Assembly (NCBI GenBank): GCA_043826435.1
Contig: JBDRQF010000035.1
Location: 1 to 29,478, forward strand
Source: Elusimicrobiota bacterium
GTDB lineage: Bacteria; Elusimicrobiota; Endomicrobiia; CG1-02-37-114; JAHJSO01
Length of the DNA stretch: 29,478 bases
Direction: 5' to 3'
In this document: positions 8,651-16,094 of the stretch, piece by piece
Layout of the letters: each line of letters starts with the position of its first letter
Numbering within the stretch: the stretch's first letter is position 1
The notes under the pieces: generated by a model
What the model was told of the DNA's origin: nothing
The model's database searches: none
Seen by the model: only the letters and a program-made list of their open reading frames with translations
Made by a program: the position numbers and the translations under genes

Positions 8651-9409
8651 TTACAATCGGACAGGAACGTTTCTTTTTTTGAGGTATTGCTTGACGGCCA
8701 TTATGGGGTATTCGTCGTAGTGGAAGATGCTTGCCGCCAGGGCTGCATCAGCCATGCCTTTTGTGAGGACGTCGTAAAGATGGGAGAGTTTTCCCGCCCC
8801 GCCTGACGCAATGACAGGGATGTGGACATTTTTGCAGACGGTTCTGGTGAGTTTTAGGTCATAGCCCTTTTTTGTGCCGTCTGCGTCTATGCTTGTAAGG
8901 AGTATTTCCCCGGCACCTAACCCCTGAACCCGCTTTGCCCATCGGACTACATCAAGCGAAGTCGGGGTCATTCCCCCGTTTATATGTACCTGCCACCTGC
9001 CGGGCGATGTCCGTTTTGCATCAATCGCCACCACTATGCACTGCGAACCGAATTTTTCGGCAGCCCTTTTTATAAGACCCGGGTTTTTGACGGCAGCCGT
9101 GTTTATTGAAACCTTGTCCGCGCCCGCCCTGAGGAGAGCGGATATGTCGCCGAGCCGTTTTATACCGCCGCCTACGGTTAATGGTATAAACACGTTTTCG
9201 GCTGTTTTTTTGACGACTTCAAGGGTGGTTTTCCGTCCTTCAATCGTTGCGGTTATGTCCAGGAAGACAATTTCATCGGCGCCTTTCCGGCTGTATATTT
9301 TTGCGTTTTCCACCGGGTCTCCGGCGTCACGCAGGTTCCTGAAGTTAATTCCCTTCACGACCCTTCCATTTTTTACATCAAGACAAGGTATTATTCGTTT
9401 TGCAAGCAT
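8651..9409 (-). CDS. hisF: Imidazole glycerol phosphate synthase cyclase subunit
   Basis: [52 protein letters not shown]; both catalytic Asp retained. Confidence 0.96.
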   Translation of the reverse strand: MLAKRIIPCLDVKNGRVVKGINFRNLRDAGDPVENAKIYSRKGADEIVFLDITATIEGRKTTLEVVKKTAENVFIPLTVGGGIKRLGDISALLRAGADKVSINTAAVKNPGLIKRAAEKFGSQCIVVAIDAKRTSPGRWQVHINGGMTPTSLDVVRWAKRVQGLGAGEILLTSIDADGTKKGYDLKLTRTVCKNVHIPVIASGGAGKLSHLYDVLTKGMADAALAASIFHYDEYPIMAVKQYLKKRNVPVRL

Positions 9410-9463
9410 GGTTGTTTCTCCTCATGATAACGGCACCGTTGGTGACTATAATATTTTTTGCCG

Positions 9464-10090
9464 TCATTTTGCGGTTACCGTATCACAGAAATTCTTCAAT
9501 AACCTTAACCCGTTCAGAGAACTCTTTTCGGGATGGAACTGCGTCCCGATAACGTTGCCCTTCTGCACTATTGAAGGATAATTTATTCCGTATCTGGTTG
9601 TTGCGGCAACAATCCGTTTATCTGCTGGTGCGCAGAAGTACGAGTGGACAAAATAAAAATACGAGTTATCGGGTATTCCGGCTAAAATATTTGATTTTTT
9701 TGCGGAGGGGCCGTTGCCGCTCTTCGTTACCCGGTTCCATCCTATCTGCGGGAGTTTTTTTACAGGGAGTTTCCGGACATAACCGGGTATTAAGTTTAAC
9801 CCTTTTGATTTTCCCCCCTCGGCGCTCTCTGAGAAAAAGAGTTGCATCCCGAGACATATCCCGAGCATGGGCCTGCCTGACGCAGCAAATTCCTTCAGCG
9901 GGCGGACAAGTTTGTTCCGTATTATGAGTGATACGGCGGGTTTGAACGCCCCGACTCCCGGGAGTACGACTGCGTCAGCGTCCAGGATATCCTTCCCCCC
10001 GCGGGCGAAAACGGTCTTTTCGCCAAGGTTTTCAAACGCCTTCGCTATGCTCCTCAGGTTCCCGACGCCGTAATCAATTATTGCAATCAT
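9464..10090 (-). CDS. hisH: Imidazole glycerol phosphate synthase glutaminase subunit (start ATG 10090)
   Basis: IIDYGVGNL, LPGVGAF, GICLGMQ, YFVHSY, QFHPEKS. Confidence 0.95.
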   Translation of the reverse strand: MIAIIDYGVGNLRSIAKAFENLGEKTVFARGGKDILDADAVVLPGVGAFKPAVSLIIRNKLVRPLKEFAASGRPMLGICLGMQLFFSESAEGGKSKGLNLIPGYVRKLPVKKLPQIGWNRVTKSGNGPSAKKSNILAGIPDNSYFYFVHSYFCAPADKRIVAATTRYGINYPSIVQKGNVIGTQFHPEKSSLNGLRLLKNFCDTVTAK

Positions 10091-10139
10091 TTTGGTGCCC
10101 CGCACAAATCTTTTGCTGCCGACAGCCCTACTGGTATTT

Positions 10140-11330
10140 TTATTCCTTATTTATAACGCCGTGCCTCTGTATTATTCCCCCGCCGAGGACTGTGTCTCTG
10201 CCGTAAAACACGATGCTCTGCCCGGGGGTGATTGCCGGCTGCGGCTTGTCAAACAATATTTTATAAAAATTTTTCCTGAAAGGGAAGACCATAACGCCTG
10301 TCTCTTCGTGCTTGTATCTTATCCTCGCCTTTACCCTTAAAGGGAATTTTATATTTCGCCTGCCGGCGTTCCAGTTGACTTCACCCGCGATGCATTCATC
10401 CCTGAATAAGTCCCGTTTTTCACCGACGACAACCTTTTTCTTTTCCTGTATTATGTCCGTTACAAACATCTTCCTGCCGGTTGAAATACCCAGTCCTTCC
10501 CTCTGTCCTACGGTGAAATTAAATATCCCGTTGTGCCTGCCGATTATTTCATCGTTCCTGTTGTAAATGAAACCGGAGAAATTTTTCCCCGACGATCCTG
10601 TCGCCCCCGCCGCCCTGTTTATAAAGAACGCCCTGTAATCGTTTTGCGGTATAAAACAAATCTCCCGGCTCTTCGGCTTTTCGGACACAGGCAGTTCCAG
10701 ACGTCTCGCCATTGTACGGACTTTATCCTTTGTCATGTCTCCGAGAGGGAACACTATCTTTTTCATTTGTCGTTGAGTGAGGTTGTAAAGCCAGTAGGAC
10801 TGCTCGTTTTCATCAACCCCCTTTTTCAGAAGAAACCCGCTTCCCGTTTTTATGATTTTTGCATAATGCCCGGTTGCCAGGTAATCAATCCCCATTGAAC
10901 CGACTTTATCCAGCAACAGGCCGAACTTTATTTTCCTATTGCAGGTTATGCACGGGTTTGGCGTTAAGCCGTTTAGGTAACCGTTATAGAAAGGGGTTAT
11001 TACATCCCTTTCAAAGTCATTGTGCAGGTCAAGCACATAGTGCGGTATGGACAACGTCCGGGCGACCTTTTTTGCGTCCTCCAGGTCGCGGACGGAACAA
11101 CAGGCCCTTTTGTTCGCCGGTGTCCCGTCCAGGGCGCAATTCCAGATTTTCATCGTGATACCGACGACGTCAAATCGTTTTTTTAGCAGGGCGGCGGCGA
11201 CTGACGAGTCAACCCCGCCTGACATTGCGACGGCTACCGTCTTTTGCGGGTTTATGTCTGGGAGGTGTCGATGAGCCCTGCATCGGGATAGCATGTGGGG
11301 TGGGCGGTCCCGTTTCACTGTTTTACTCAT
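10140..11330 (-). CDS. mnmA: tRNA 2-thiouridine(34) synthase
   Basis: AMSGGVDSS, TPNPCITCN, ATGHYA, QSYWL, EICF, TVGQREGLG, AITPGQ; ATG overlaps larE stop (ATGAGTAA). Confidence 0.92.
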   Translation of the reverse strand: MSKTVKRDRPPHMLSRCRAHRHLPDINPQKTVAVAMSGGVDSSVAAALLKKRFDVVGITMKIWNCALDGTPANKRACCSVRDLEDAKKVARTLSIPHYVLDLHNDFERDVITPFYNGYLNGLTPNPCITCNRKIKFGLLLDKVGSMGIDYLATGHYAKIIKTGSGFLLKKGVDENEQSYWLYNLTQRQMKKIVFPLGDMTKDKVRTMARRLELPVSEKPKSREICFIPQNDYRAFFINRAAGATGSSGKNFSGFIYNRNDEIIGRHNGIFNFTVGQREGLGISTGRKMFVTDIIQEKKKVVVGEKRDLFRDECIAGEVNWNAGRRNIKFPLRVKARIRYKHEETGVMVFPFRKNFYKILFDKPQPAITPGQSIVFYGRDTVLGGGIIQRHGVINKE

Positions 11331-12126
11331 TCATGCTCCCCGTTCTGTAGCCCTCTAAGTCAACGGTTATATATTTGTATCCCAATTTTTTAAGTTTCCT
11401 GATAATACTTTTTCTGTTTTCCGGAACGAACAATCTCTTTGTCTGTCCCGATGAGACCTCAACCCGGGCAATATCCCCGTAGTGCCTTACCCGCACGTCC
11501 CTGAAACCCATATTACACAAAATATTTTCAGCCGCCTCAATCCTTTTAAGCGCAGGTTTTGAAATTGCCGTCCCGTACGGTATGCGCGACGCCAGACACG
11601 CCATCTGCGGTTTGTCCCATGTCCGAAGGCCCAACGTCCTTGAAATTTTACGGACGTCATCCTTGGTTATCCGGTTGCGGAGCAGGGGACTCAGGACGCC
11701 CGATTCCTCCGCTGCTTTCCTGCCGGGCCTGAAGTCGCACCTGTCGTCGTAATTTGAACCGTCAAATACTGCGTCAGCCCCGTACTTGTCTGCAATTCTT
11801 TTTATTTTTGAGAAGAGTTCTTTTTTGCAATGGTAACACCTCAGGGGCGAATTTTCCCTGAATGACACGGTGGCCAGTTCAGTCGTTTTTACCATAACAT
11901 GCCTGACGCCCAGCAGTCCTGTGATTTTTTTTGCGGTCATGAAGTCAGACATCGGGTAGGTCTCGGAAACGCCGGTAACGGCGACAACGTTGTTTTTACC
12001 TAACACGTCGCCTGAAACCTTCAGGACAAGAGAACTGTCAACGCCGCCTGAATAGGCGACCGCCACCCTCTTAAAGTTGGATATGAATTTTTTGAGATTA
12101 TTGATTCTGACTCTATAAGGATTCAA
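11323..12126 (-). CDS. larE: LarE-family ATP-dependent sulfur transferase (start uncertain; TTG 12126 gives typical length)
   Basis: AYSGGVDSS PP-loop, RCYHCK, DGSNYDD, RPG, ACLASRIPYG, VRVRH, DLEGYRTGSMN. Confidence 0.88.
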   Translation of the reverse strand: MNPYRVRINNLKKFISNFKRVAVAYSGGVDSSLVLKVSGDVLGKNNVVAVTGVSETYPMSDFMTAKKITGLLGVRHVMVKTTELATVSFRENSPLRCYHCKKELFSKIKRIADKYGADAVFDGSNYDDRCDFRPGRKAAEESGVLSPLLRNRITKDDVRKISRTLGLRTWDKPQMACLASRIPYGTAISKPALKRIEAAENILCNMGFRDVRVRHYGDIARVEVSSGQTKRLFVPENRKSIIRKLKKLGYKYITVDLEGYRTGSMNE

Positions 12127-12472
12127 ATTTTTTCTGGCAGGGGAGGCAATATCTTGCCCACGGCATCGCCTTGAGCCGCTTAAGAGGTATTGTTTTGCTG
12201 CACTTTTCGCAGTAGCCATATTTACCCTTTTCAAATTTTCTTAACGACGCCTCTATTGCGTCAAGCATTATCTTTTCGTTGTTCGTCAGTTCAAACAGCA
12301 TCTCCTTTTCAACTGAGGCGGATGCGCTGTCAACTTCGTCGCCGATTTCGGTTTCAGGCAGTTCCCCGTGTTTTTTACGCTGGACTATGGCAAGCAGGTC
12401 GTCCCTTTTCTTTTTCAGTGTTTCCCTGAAACTTTTCAGTTGACTGGCCTTGTGTTTTTTCTGCTTTTTCAT
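12113..12472 (-). CDS. DksA/TraR C4 zinc-finger transcription factor
   Basis: Coiled-coil tip DEVDSA (DxxDxA); YGYCEKC...RLKAMPWARYCLPCQ. Confidence 0.9.
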   Translation of the reverse strand: MKKQKKHKASQLKSFRETLKKKRDDLLAIVQRKKHGELPETEIGDEVDSASASVEKEMLFELTNNEKIMLDAIEASLRKFEKGKYGYCEKCSKTIPLKRLKAMPWARYCLPCQKKFESL

Positions 12473-12509
12473 TTTTCCTCCCGAAAACTTTTTAAGAAAG
12501 GCATGATAA

Positions 12510-13967
12510 TCAGGTGGCGACCACCTTGATTGTCCTGAGTGCGTCCGTTTCCTGTCCGCTTATCCTTATGTCTTTTGATGATAAATCAGAAAGATACCCG
12601 CTGATTTCTTCTGTAATCCTTTCTCCCGGTATCAATACCGGTATGCCCGGAGGGTAGGGCGTAAGCGTCTGCGCCGATATATACCCTGCTGATTTTCGGA
12701 CAGGCACCCGTTTCGTATTATAACTGAAGAAAACATCCCTCGGCATCATTACCATTTCAGTTGACAATGACGGCAGGTTCAGAATCCAGTTCTTTTCTTC
12801 ACCGTGGTATTTGGTGTCTATCTCTTCAAGGGCAGTGACGAGCGTTTCAACGTCCTTCTTATTCGAGCCGATGCCCATAATGGCTATTAAACTGAATATG
12901 TCGGCGCAATCAACCTGTATCCCGTAGTCCCTTGACAGTATGTCTTCAATTTTATACCCGCTTAGTCCGGTGCGCGTAACGTTGATTGTTAGTTTTGTAA
13001 CGTCAAGGTCGTAACCGCGTTTCTGTATTTCGTCCCGTGTGAAGCAGAAAAAGTTTTTTAACTGGTTTGTCCTGCCCCTCGCCCACTCCGCCCAGCGGAT
13101 AATCCTTGAGAACATCTTTTCGCCTGACTCATACACCTGTTTCCTTGCCAGGTCAATGCTGGCAAGCAACATGTAATTGGGACTTGTGGACTGGAGCATT
13201 GAAACGATTTTTTTTGTACGGTTTAAATCAACCAGGTCGGAATTAAAATGCAGGACGGAACCCTGCGAGAGGGCCGACAGTATCTTGTGAATGGAATGCA
13301 CGCATAAATCGGCGCCCGCTTCCACTCCCGATATGGGGAAGTCCTTGTGGAATTTAAGGTGCGGGCCGTGCGCCTCGTCCACCAAGAGTATTTTTCTCCT
13401 GCGGTGGCATATCTCGGCGATTTTTACAATGTCGGTCGTGACGCCGTTGTAAGTGGGGCTTGTTATAAAAACCGCCTTCGCTTCGGGGAATTTTTCAAGC
13501 GCCTGTTCTATCTGTTCCGGCGCAGAATCAAATATAATATCCAGGTTCTGGTCAATCTTCGGTTGTATCCAGATGGGCCAGACGCCGGACAGGATTATCC
13601 CGGCAAGGGCCGACTTGTGGCAGTTTCTTGACAGGACTACCGAATCCCCCGGGTTGCATGCCGACAGAAACATCGCTATGTTGCCGCTGGATGAACCGTT
13701 TATGAGGAAAAAGGAATGCCTGACGTCGTACGCCTTCGCCATGAGTTCCTGCGCCTTCTTTATCGGCCCGACGGGGTCGTGCAGTGAATCCACCTCGGGG
13801 AAGACGGTGACGTCAAGGTAATAGACGTTCCTTCCGGTGAACGTCCTCAGCCGTTTGTCTATGCTCCTGCCGTTTTTGTGACCCGGTGTATGAAAAGAAG
13901 TAACCTTGTTTTTTGCGTGTTTCAGGAGTGTTTCAAATAAGGGAGCTGCGGACTGGTGGTTTTGCAT
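12510..13967 (-). CDS. Fold-type I Orn/Lys/Arg decarboxylase (Bacillus SpeA-like, probably arginine decarboxylase)
   Basis: SFHTPGHK, FLINGSSSG, RNCHKS, TSPTYNG, LVDEAHG, HSIHK (PLP lysine), STSPNY, PYPPGIP; in operon with speD and speE. Confidence 0.88.
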   Translation of the reverse strand: MQNHQSAAPLFETLLKHAKNKVTSFHTPGHKNGRSIDKRLRTFTGRNVYYLDVTVFPEVDSLHDPVGPIKKAQELMAKAYDVRHSFFLINGSSSGNIAMFLSACNPGDSVVLSRNCHKSALAGIILSGVWPIWIQPKIDQNLDIIFDSAPEQIEQALEKFPEAKAVFITSPTYNGVTTDIVKIAEICHRRRKILLVDEAHGPHLKFHKDFPISGVEAGADLCVHSIHKILSALSQGSVLHFNSDLVDLNRTKKIVSMLQSTSPNYMLLASIDLARKQVYESGEKMFSRIIRWAEWARGRTNQLKNFFCFTRDEIQKRGYDLDVTKLTINVTRTGLSGYKIEDILSRDYGIQVDCADIFSLIAIMGIGSNKKDVETLVTALEEIDTKYHGEEKNWILNLPSLSTEMVMMPRDVFFSYNTKRVPVRKSAGYISAQTLTPYPPGIPVLIPGERITEEISGYLSDLSSKDIRISGQETDALRTIKVVAT

Positions 13968-14885
13968 TTATTTAAAAAAATACACAGGCCTTTTTTCGGT
14001 GATAACCCTTTTCTCCCGCCCCAGTAATTCCCGGAGGTAAAGAGGTATCCTGAACAAACCGGCGTGCGTCTGAGCGTCATAGAACCTGAGTGCGCCCGAT
14101 ATTCTTTTCTTTATGAGACCGGCAAGACGGTTTTCGCTGAATTCCATGGGGTTTATTGAATTACTGCAGAATATAAACGCCCACGGCACGTCAAACGACG
14201 GGACAAACGTATAATATGGATAGACGTATCTGAATACGTTCCTCAGCGTGGAATACAACATTTTGTGAAGGTCTATCTGCAGGAGATTGCCCGAACCCGC
14301 CTGCAAAACAAATACGCCGCCCTTAGAGAGTTTGTTTATCATCTTTTTATAGAACTCCAGGGTATAGAGCAGATAGGCGGGCCCTCCCTCAATGGGGGAA
14401 GGCAGGTCGGATATTATAACATCAAAGATTGAGTTTGTTTCCAGGACATATTTTCTTGCATCAGCGATTATTAATTTAACTTTCGGACTATCAAAAGAAC
14501 CCGTGTGCCATGTTTTCAGGTGTTTTTTACAGAACTCCACGACTTCATCATCAATGTCAACCATTATCGCTTCTTTTAATTGTTTGTGTTTTAAGATTTC
14601 CCTGAGGGTGGCGCCTTCCCCTCCACCCATAACAAGTACCTTCTCGGGTGCGGGGTGCGATACCATTGCAGGGTGAACGAGGGCTTCATGATAGATAAAC
14701 TCATCCATCTCTGCCGACTGCATTTCACCGTCAAGGATCAGGCATCTCCCGAACGAGGCGGAGTCAGCGACCACCGCTTTTTGGAATTTTGTTTTTTGGG
14801 TAATTAGATATTTTTTAAGCCGGTGAGAATGGAACTCGTTTTCAGTAAACCATTCCTTAAACCATATATTTTTTCTTTTTTTCAT
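13968..14885 (-). CDS. speE: Polyamine aminopropyltransferase (GGGEG type; thermospermine-synthase/agmatine-aminopropyltransferase-like)
   Basis: LDGEMQSAEMDEFIYHEALVHP, MGGGEGATLRE, VDID, DA, DVIISDLPSPIEGGPAYLLYT, VPSF. Confidence 0.9.
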   Translation of the reverse strand: MKKRKNIWFKEWFTENEFHSHRLKKYLITQKTKFQKAVVADSASFGRCLILDGEMQSAEMDEFIYHEALVHPAMVSHPAPEKVLVMGGGEGATLREILKHKQLKEAIMVDIDDEVVEFCKKHLKTWHTGSFDSPKVKLIIADARKYVLETNSIFDVIISDLPSPIEGGPAYLLYTLEFYKKMINKLSKGGVFVLQAGSGNLLQIDLHKMLYSTLRNVFRYVYPYYTFVPSFDVPWAFIFCSNSINPMEFSENRLAGLIKKRISGALRFYDAQTHAGLFRIPLYLRELLGREKRVITEKRPVYFFK

Positions 14886-14938
14886 CTTTCCGCCTTTTAT
14901 TCCGCCGGATTTTCCCGCCGGCCGGCTCTTCCTCTTCT

Positions 14939-14978
14939 AATAAAAAACCCGCGAGAAAATGTTTGTTTTCGCGGATTT
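14939..14978 (-). terminator. Intrinsic terminator-like hairpin between speD and speE
   Basis: ATCCGCGA-(14 nt)-TCGCGGGT followed by TTTTTATT on the minus strand. Confidence 0.7.
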
Positions 14979-15025
14979 GCAGATTGACATGATTCATTTT
15001 TAACCCCGGTTTTAATTCATAACAG

Positions 15026-15406
15026 TTATGCACCTGGTTTGTGTTTTAATGACGAAATATTCAACACGCCCCGTTTCAGTTCCATTGCGGTGCTGTTTTT
15101 GGGTTTTAATTTCTTTATAAGATAACGGTACGCTCTCCAGGGGTTTACCTTGTTCCCGCAGGTATATACATCAGCTGAGGCGAACCCGTATTCCGGCCAG
15201 GTATGTATGGAAAGGTGCGACTCTGCAATTACGATTACTCCGCTTACGCCGTGCGGATTAAACCGGTGAAAGATGGCATCAATTATTTTCGCCCTGGAGT
15301 ACTCTGCCGCCTCTTTCATTATGTTTTCTATCGCCTTGACGTCGTTCAGCAGTTTCGGCTTGCAGTCGTACAATTCAATCAGAAGCTGTTTACCAAGTGA
15401 TTTCAT
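15026..15406 (-). CDS. speD: S-adenosylmethionine decarboxylase proenzyme (short class 1B, SpeD/SpeH)
   Basis: FNPHGVSGVIVIAESHLSIHTWPEYG (E-S autocleavage site), DVYTCG. Confidence 0.93.
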   Translation of the reverse strand: MKSLGKQLLIELYDCKPKLLNDVKAIENIMKEAAEYSRAKIIDAIFHRFNPHGVSGVIVIAESHLSIHTWPEYGFASADVYTCGNKVNPWRAYRYLIKKLKPKNSTAMELKRGVLNISSLKHKPGA

Positions 15407-15429
15407 TTCCCCCCGCCCCGCCGCCTAAT

Positions 15430-15458
15430 ATGATATTCTATTTTTATTTTTTTGTCAA
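15430..15458 (-). promoter_or_regulatory. Sigma70-type promoter for speD operon
   Basis: TTGACA (15458-15453), 17 nt spacer, TATCAT (15435-15430). Confidence 0.72.
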
Positions 15459-15477
15459 GTATTTCCCGAAAATATTT

Positions 15478-16023
15478 CTAATATTTTTTTCTTTTACCGC
15501 TTACAAAAAAATAACTTCCGCCCAAATGGTGAGGTGTTTTTGCTTTTTCAGGCAGCAGGTGCCCGTCGTAAAACCTATTTTCAATTTCGCAATGCACTAC
15601 CTTTCCGACAAAAAGGAATACGCCCCCGTAATCCGCCTTCGTTTTTAGTTTGCACTCTATGTGGCCGGCGGACTCTTTTATAAACGGGGTGGAAATTTTC
15701 CTGCACCCGGACGGCGTTATGCCTGCCCTTTTGAATTTGTCGGCGTGCCTGCCGGATACGCTCCCGCAGATTTTTATTGCAGGTATCAGTTGCCGGCTGA
15801 CGAGATTTATCGCGAAACACCCGTATTTGTTTATCAGTTTCGCCGTGTGGTGGGACGTTGCTACGCAGATTGCGACGAGGGGAGGCTCGTCGTTGACGGG
15901 CGTTCCCCATGCAATGGGGGCCACGTTTATTTCCCCTCTTTTCATTGACCCGCTTGTCACCAGAACGCACGGGCCATGGTTTATCAAGTGGTAGAATTCT
16001 TCGTCCGGCAGTTTTTTACGCAC
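15478..16023 (-). CDS. Flavin reductase-like (FMN-binding split barrel) protein
   Basis: GPCVLVTS, NVAPIAW, PPLVAI, HHTAKLI, FAINL, CGSVSGR..DKF, HIEC, LFVGKV, HHLGG; GTG start. Confidence 0.88.
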   Translation of the reverse strand: MRKKLPDEEFYHLINHGPCVLVTSGSMKRGEINVAPIAWGTPVNDEPPLVAICVATSHHTAKLINKYGCFAINLVSRQLIPAIKICGSVSGRHADKFKRAGITPSGCRKISTPFIKESAGHIECKLKTKADYGGVFLFVGKVVHCEIENRFYDGHLLPEKAKTPHHLGGSYFFVSGKRKKY

Positions 16024-16029
16024 GAAGAG

Positions 16030-16058
16030 ATTTTACAAAATATTTTAAAAAATTGCAA
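16030..16058 (-). promoter_or_regulatory. Sigma70-type promoter of flavin reductase gene, probably giving a leaderless mRNA
   Basis: TTGCAA (16058-16053), 17 nt spacer, TAAAAT (16035-16030), then 6 nt to GTG at 16023; no SD. Confidence 0.65.
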
Positions 16059-16094
16059 GCGGTAAAATTATTGTGTAAAATTATCGGCGGGTTA

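Noticed and set aside
8651..10090. hisH-hisF without hisA next to PP-loop ATPases, suggesting a WbuX/Y/Z-type ammonia-tunnel amidotransferase system
   Set aside because: HisF keeps both catalytic aspartates (PCLD, AIDAK) and looks canonical, and the PP-loop neighbours are clearly MnmA and LarE; scattered his genes are common.
12127..12234. N-terminal extension of LarE in the ORF track
   Set aside because: Overlaps dksA by over 100 nt with no LarE-like sequence; a later start is more plausible.
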